Shown piece after piece: positions 60,901-64,000 of a DNA stretch of 64,000 nt. Position numbers and translations under genes: made by a program. The stretch is taken from positions 868,001-932,000 of the forward strand of contig CM035353.1 of assembly GCA_020137815.1 (NCBI GenBank), written 5' to 3'. Below the pieces are notes generated by a model, which made no database searches, had not been told where the DNA came from, and saw only the letters and a program-made list of their open reading frames with translations. This DNA comes from Hormiphora californensis (lineage: Eukaryota > Animalia > Ctenophora). Position 1 is the first letter of the stretch. Each line of letters begins with the position of its first letter.

Positions 60901-62459
60901 AGACCTTTGTTGCACACATTTCCAACCAGATATTCCTTTCCAAATGTTTTGGCAGTTAAAGATCGGAAAAGGACTTTCTTCACATTAACCGTTCTTCTTG
61001 CGCTCTGACAGGCCCGTTTGTCGCACGTATGGGTTGAAGAACATATGGTGGAAGTTTCTAGGAATTCTGAACGGTTTCCATGACACAAAAACACGTTGGA
61101 GCATGGTGACGTATCCACCTTAATCCTCAGAGTGGTGCCATTGCCGCACATTTCCCAATCATCTTTCTCATCCACGCCGTTCTCACAATCTACAACTCCA
61201 TCTTGGATCCAATCTACCGGAACTCGAAAAATCTTCCCAAACCGTCTCTGACAAGTGTGGTTAGTGAGTTTTCCAGGTCCACACCAAATTTTACTCTCAT
61301 CCATACCACCAGCACAATCTTCTGTGCCATCACAAAGCTTATGCTTATGGATAAAGCAATGCCGTCCAACCCTGATACATTTCAACTCTATTCCATCATC
61401 ACATAATTGTATTGTATTATGGTCATTGTCATCACAGATCACATAGATGGAGATTGTGCTAGGATAACCGCTCACCAGACAGCTGCCCCCAACCTTGGCT
61501 GAATCAGTACAATTAGTTTGGTCCATTCCAGTAAGAATGCAATAAGTAGACCTTGATCTAGAGAATTCATTTTCGTTTCGACCATTAATTGTTAAAAAAC
61601 ATCTTGAACCGTTATACAAGGGAAAATTGCTGCCGTGTGCTATATATCTAAACGATGTTGCTTTACAAAGTGGTGCATCTTGATCCCAAGGAGGGGTGGT
61701 TCCTTCTTTCGGCATTCCTTGGAAAGGCATGAAAACCCGATCCTTGGAGACACTCCCGTAGATGATTCCCCCACCACAATCCCGTTCCTCGACACATGTC
61801 AAACTAGGATCCGGTGTGGTAGCATTGCCTATCCAGATTTCGTCACATATCCCGTCACAAACCCCTCCTAATTTCAAGGTGACCTGGACAATACTTCCAT
61901 CTTGTAGAGTGATCGGATAAAGCATAGTGCCCACAGTTATACCGCGACATACCTGGTCGTCTTTTTGAATTAAGTTACCTCTAAAGCCATCGAAACAGAC
62001 AACTCCACAAACGGGCGGCTGATCGAACATTTCGACATGACTCACGCCAATGAATCTACCTTTCTCTGCTCCTCCACATGCCTGATACATAGCGTCATCA
62101 TTTGGACAGCGCACAGAATACTCAGTTGTAAGTAAACGTGTCCGAATGTCAAAGACTCCCCGTTTCGTATAGGTCACATTGGGCGAAGTGACACATTGAA
62201 AGATGCCGATACGCCTATTCCTATAGTCCTCCTCGTTACAAATGCGGGCTAGGAATCCACGATTATCAGCGATGGGACAAAGTTTTCCGTCGTTATAGGC
62301 ATCTTGGTCAGGGAGTGAAGTATGTACTCTAGGGAGTGAAGTATGTACTCTAGAGGGGGTTCCTAAATTTTCATCTTTAGGAATCTTGGTGGTGTTTCCT
62401 ATAAACCAGAGAGACCCGACTGTTGAAAACAGACAGAGTTCAATCATAATAAGGAACAT
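57925..62459 (-). CDS. Intronless LDLa-repeat class A GPCR (GRL101/LGR-like 7TM, no LRR seen), C-terminal tail interrupted by a MITE
   Basis: ATG 62459 just after a splice acceptor; signal-like MFLIMIELCLFSTVG; at least 4 LDLa repeats (CD...DC.D.SDE); 7TM with NPLLY; current frame stops at 58992 inside the MITE, native frame resumes 58162-57925. Confidence 0.88.
58171..59196. mobile_element. ~1-kb non-autonomous TIR element, 8-bp TSD, inserted in GPCR coding sequence
   Basis: ggtacgtc|gggggggtaccaacc...ggttgataccccccc|ggtacgtc; ~200-bp imperfect TIRs with tttttgta subrepeats. Confidence 0.9.
58675..58748 (+). pseudogene. tRNA-Val-derived sequence inside the TIR element
   Basis: ggtgtagtggttat A box, gacac loop, aggtcccgggttcgaaac B box, T7 run downstream; acceptor and anticodon stems broken. 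Confidence 0.65.
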
Positions 62460-62854
62460 TTTCCTGTAGAAATTGTAACGATTAAAATTATAGTAAACAT
62501 TAGGATAATAAAAACAATAAAAGCAGCACTTAGTGCAATTGTATACACGCTCATACCATTTGAATTGTTCATACTTTATACGGAACACAGTGTCAGGCGA
62601 CTCAACATACCATGTAGGGGTTACTAGAATAAAAACTAAATATATATCTACACGGCAACCAGAGGCCAGAGCGGTTCACCATTGGCTAGAAAAAGCTAGA
62701 AAAAGCTAAAAAAAAAGCTAGAAAAAGCTAAAAAAAGCTAAAAAAAGGCCATCGACCAAAATCAGGGTACCGTTAGCTTTTTTAGGGCTAGACCCCCAGT
62801 CTTTACACTTTCCAGTTTCCAAAATTTACCACATTGTGGTACCACACGCATCCA

Positions 62855-63057
62855 TATTTTTCTCTTTCCAACGCTCCTGGACTGGAGCACGACATAAATT
62901 AAGTATTTAGCCATATATATATATATATATATTGTATATACATAATATGTATATACAATGTATATACATATTATGTATATACAATATATATATATATATG
63001 GCTAAATACTTAATTTATGTCGTGCTCCAGTCCAGGAGCGTTGGAAAGAGAAAAATA
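62855..63057. mobile_element. Foldback MITE with AT-rich centre, TA-flanked
   Basis: tttttctctttccaacgctcctggactggagcacgac...gtcgtgctccagtccaggagcgttggaaagagaaaaa. Confidence 0.85.
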
Positions 63058-64000
63058 AGACCTTCCCAACGGCTCCAAAACAAATTCTCTTGCCGAGAAC
63101 CGCAGAGATATGGGCTGCGAAACGCAAACAACAGAGTGCAGAGTGGCTTCACCAATACTAGTGCTGAAAATGTATCAATAAACCCCCTATTTCGAAAACC
63201 AAAACACACGACAAAATATGCTCAAAATTCATGAAAAGTCGAATGACTACGGTAAACGAAAAGTTCAAGATATCTCGTAACTCTGCAGTCTGCTAAGTTG
63301 AGAAAACACGGAAACCTAGGTACGTGGGTTGACTGCATGCAGAAATTTCATTTTAAAGGGATAATCTCAATGCTTTGAAAATAATAATAGTTTATAAATC
63401 TATTGTGAGTTTAAGATTTAACAAACACAAAGGAGTGATCTTTTCTACAAAATGACACCTCAATTCAAAGACCTAGGTCTCTTCAACATTAAATGCTTTT
63501 TTGTGCGTTTTTGACGTCGTGGACAACGCCCCGGGCAGTGTCGCACAGGCGACCTATTATATATTATGGTCATTATTTTTTTAACTTGTGCAACTACCAA
63601 ATTTTTTAAAATGATCATAGCAAATTAGCTGCGGCTACCGGAAATTTACTCAGCACCTCAAAAATTCAAGTAGTGTTGAAAGTTTACTTTGGTGAAAAAC
63701 TGAAGTCTCTAGTATAGCTCACTCCAGTGAGGTGCTATATCATTTCTACGCCATGAGGTGCTATCGTGAAGTGCCCCCGATTTGTAGAAATCTCCTCAGA
63801 TTTGCAAAGACGGTTTCTCCAGGGAAAAATACAGTGCTGTATAACAGGTAGGCGAAGTATGAGATATTTGAAGAGTATCTTATGGCTGATTGAATGATTG
63901 CAAGGCTCACTGAACACTCAGACAGTGGATCGTGAGTAAAGGGACAGGAGACCCTCAGCTACCACGTACAAGTGGTGGTTTCCCGTAGCATGCTAGGTCG

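Noticed and set aside
62460-62588. N-terminal 43 aa of the 1198-aa ORF
   Set aside because: Non-ATG start in AT-rich intron-like sequence upstream of a splice acceptor; the signal-like peptide begins at 62459
56712-62627. One large Helitron capturing the GPCR (TC at 56712 to CTAG near 62627)
   Set aside because: No convincing 3' hairpin, and that CTAG is followed by A rather than T

Overview
Repeat-rich, intron-containing animal genomic DNA, probably a ctenophore. This is my inference: the 109-bp repeat translating as YLGHVTGYQPIRDQYFLIRSVP recalls an abundant Pleurobrachia repeat, and intronless LDLa-GPCRs fit; not verified. Host genes: a small SAM-domain gene (4.7-8.6 kb), a 5-exon GPI-anchored Ly6/uPAR/Quiver-like gene (13.8-19.4 kb), an intronless class A GPCR (21-22 kb), a tandem cluster of PRDM7/9-like genes (aKRAB-like, SSXRD-like, zinc knuckle, PR/SET, C2H2 array; 26-40 kb, minus), a frameshifted SV2/SVOP-like MFS transporter (44-46 kb) and a large LDLa-repeat GPCR (58-62.5 kb, minus) whose C-terminal tail is interrupted by a TIR element. 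Mobile DNA dominates: an intact CRE-like PHD-RT-RLE ORF tightly enclosed by 80-bp inverted repeats plus a 5' hairpin, two LINE fragments, Penelope GIY-YIG remnants and a minimal hammerhead ribozyme, Helitron arrays, and many MITEs with visible TSDs. Top candidates for novelty: (1) the inverted-repeat-bounded CRE-like RT element; (2) the PRDM9-like cluster, whose duplicated zinc fingers differ mainly at DNA-contact positions. Many single-base indels in some segments may be assembly errors. All exon models and coordinates were read by eye.
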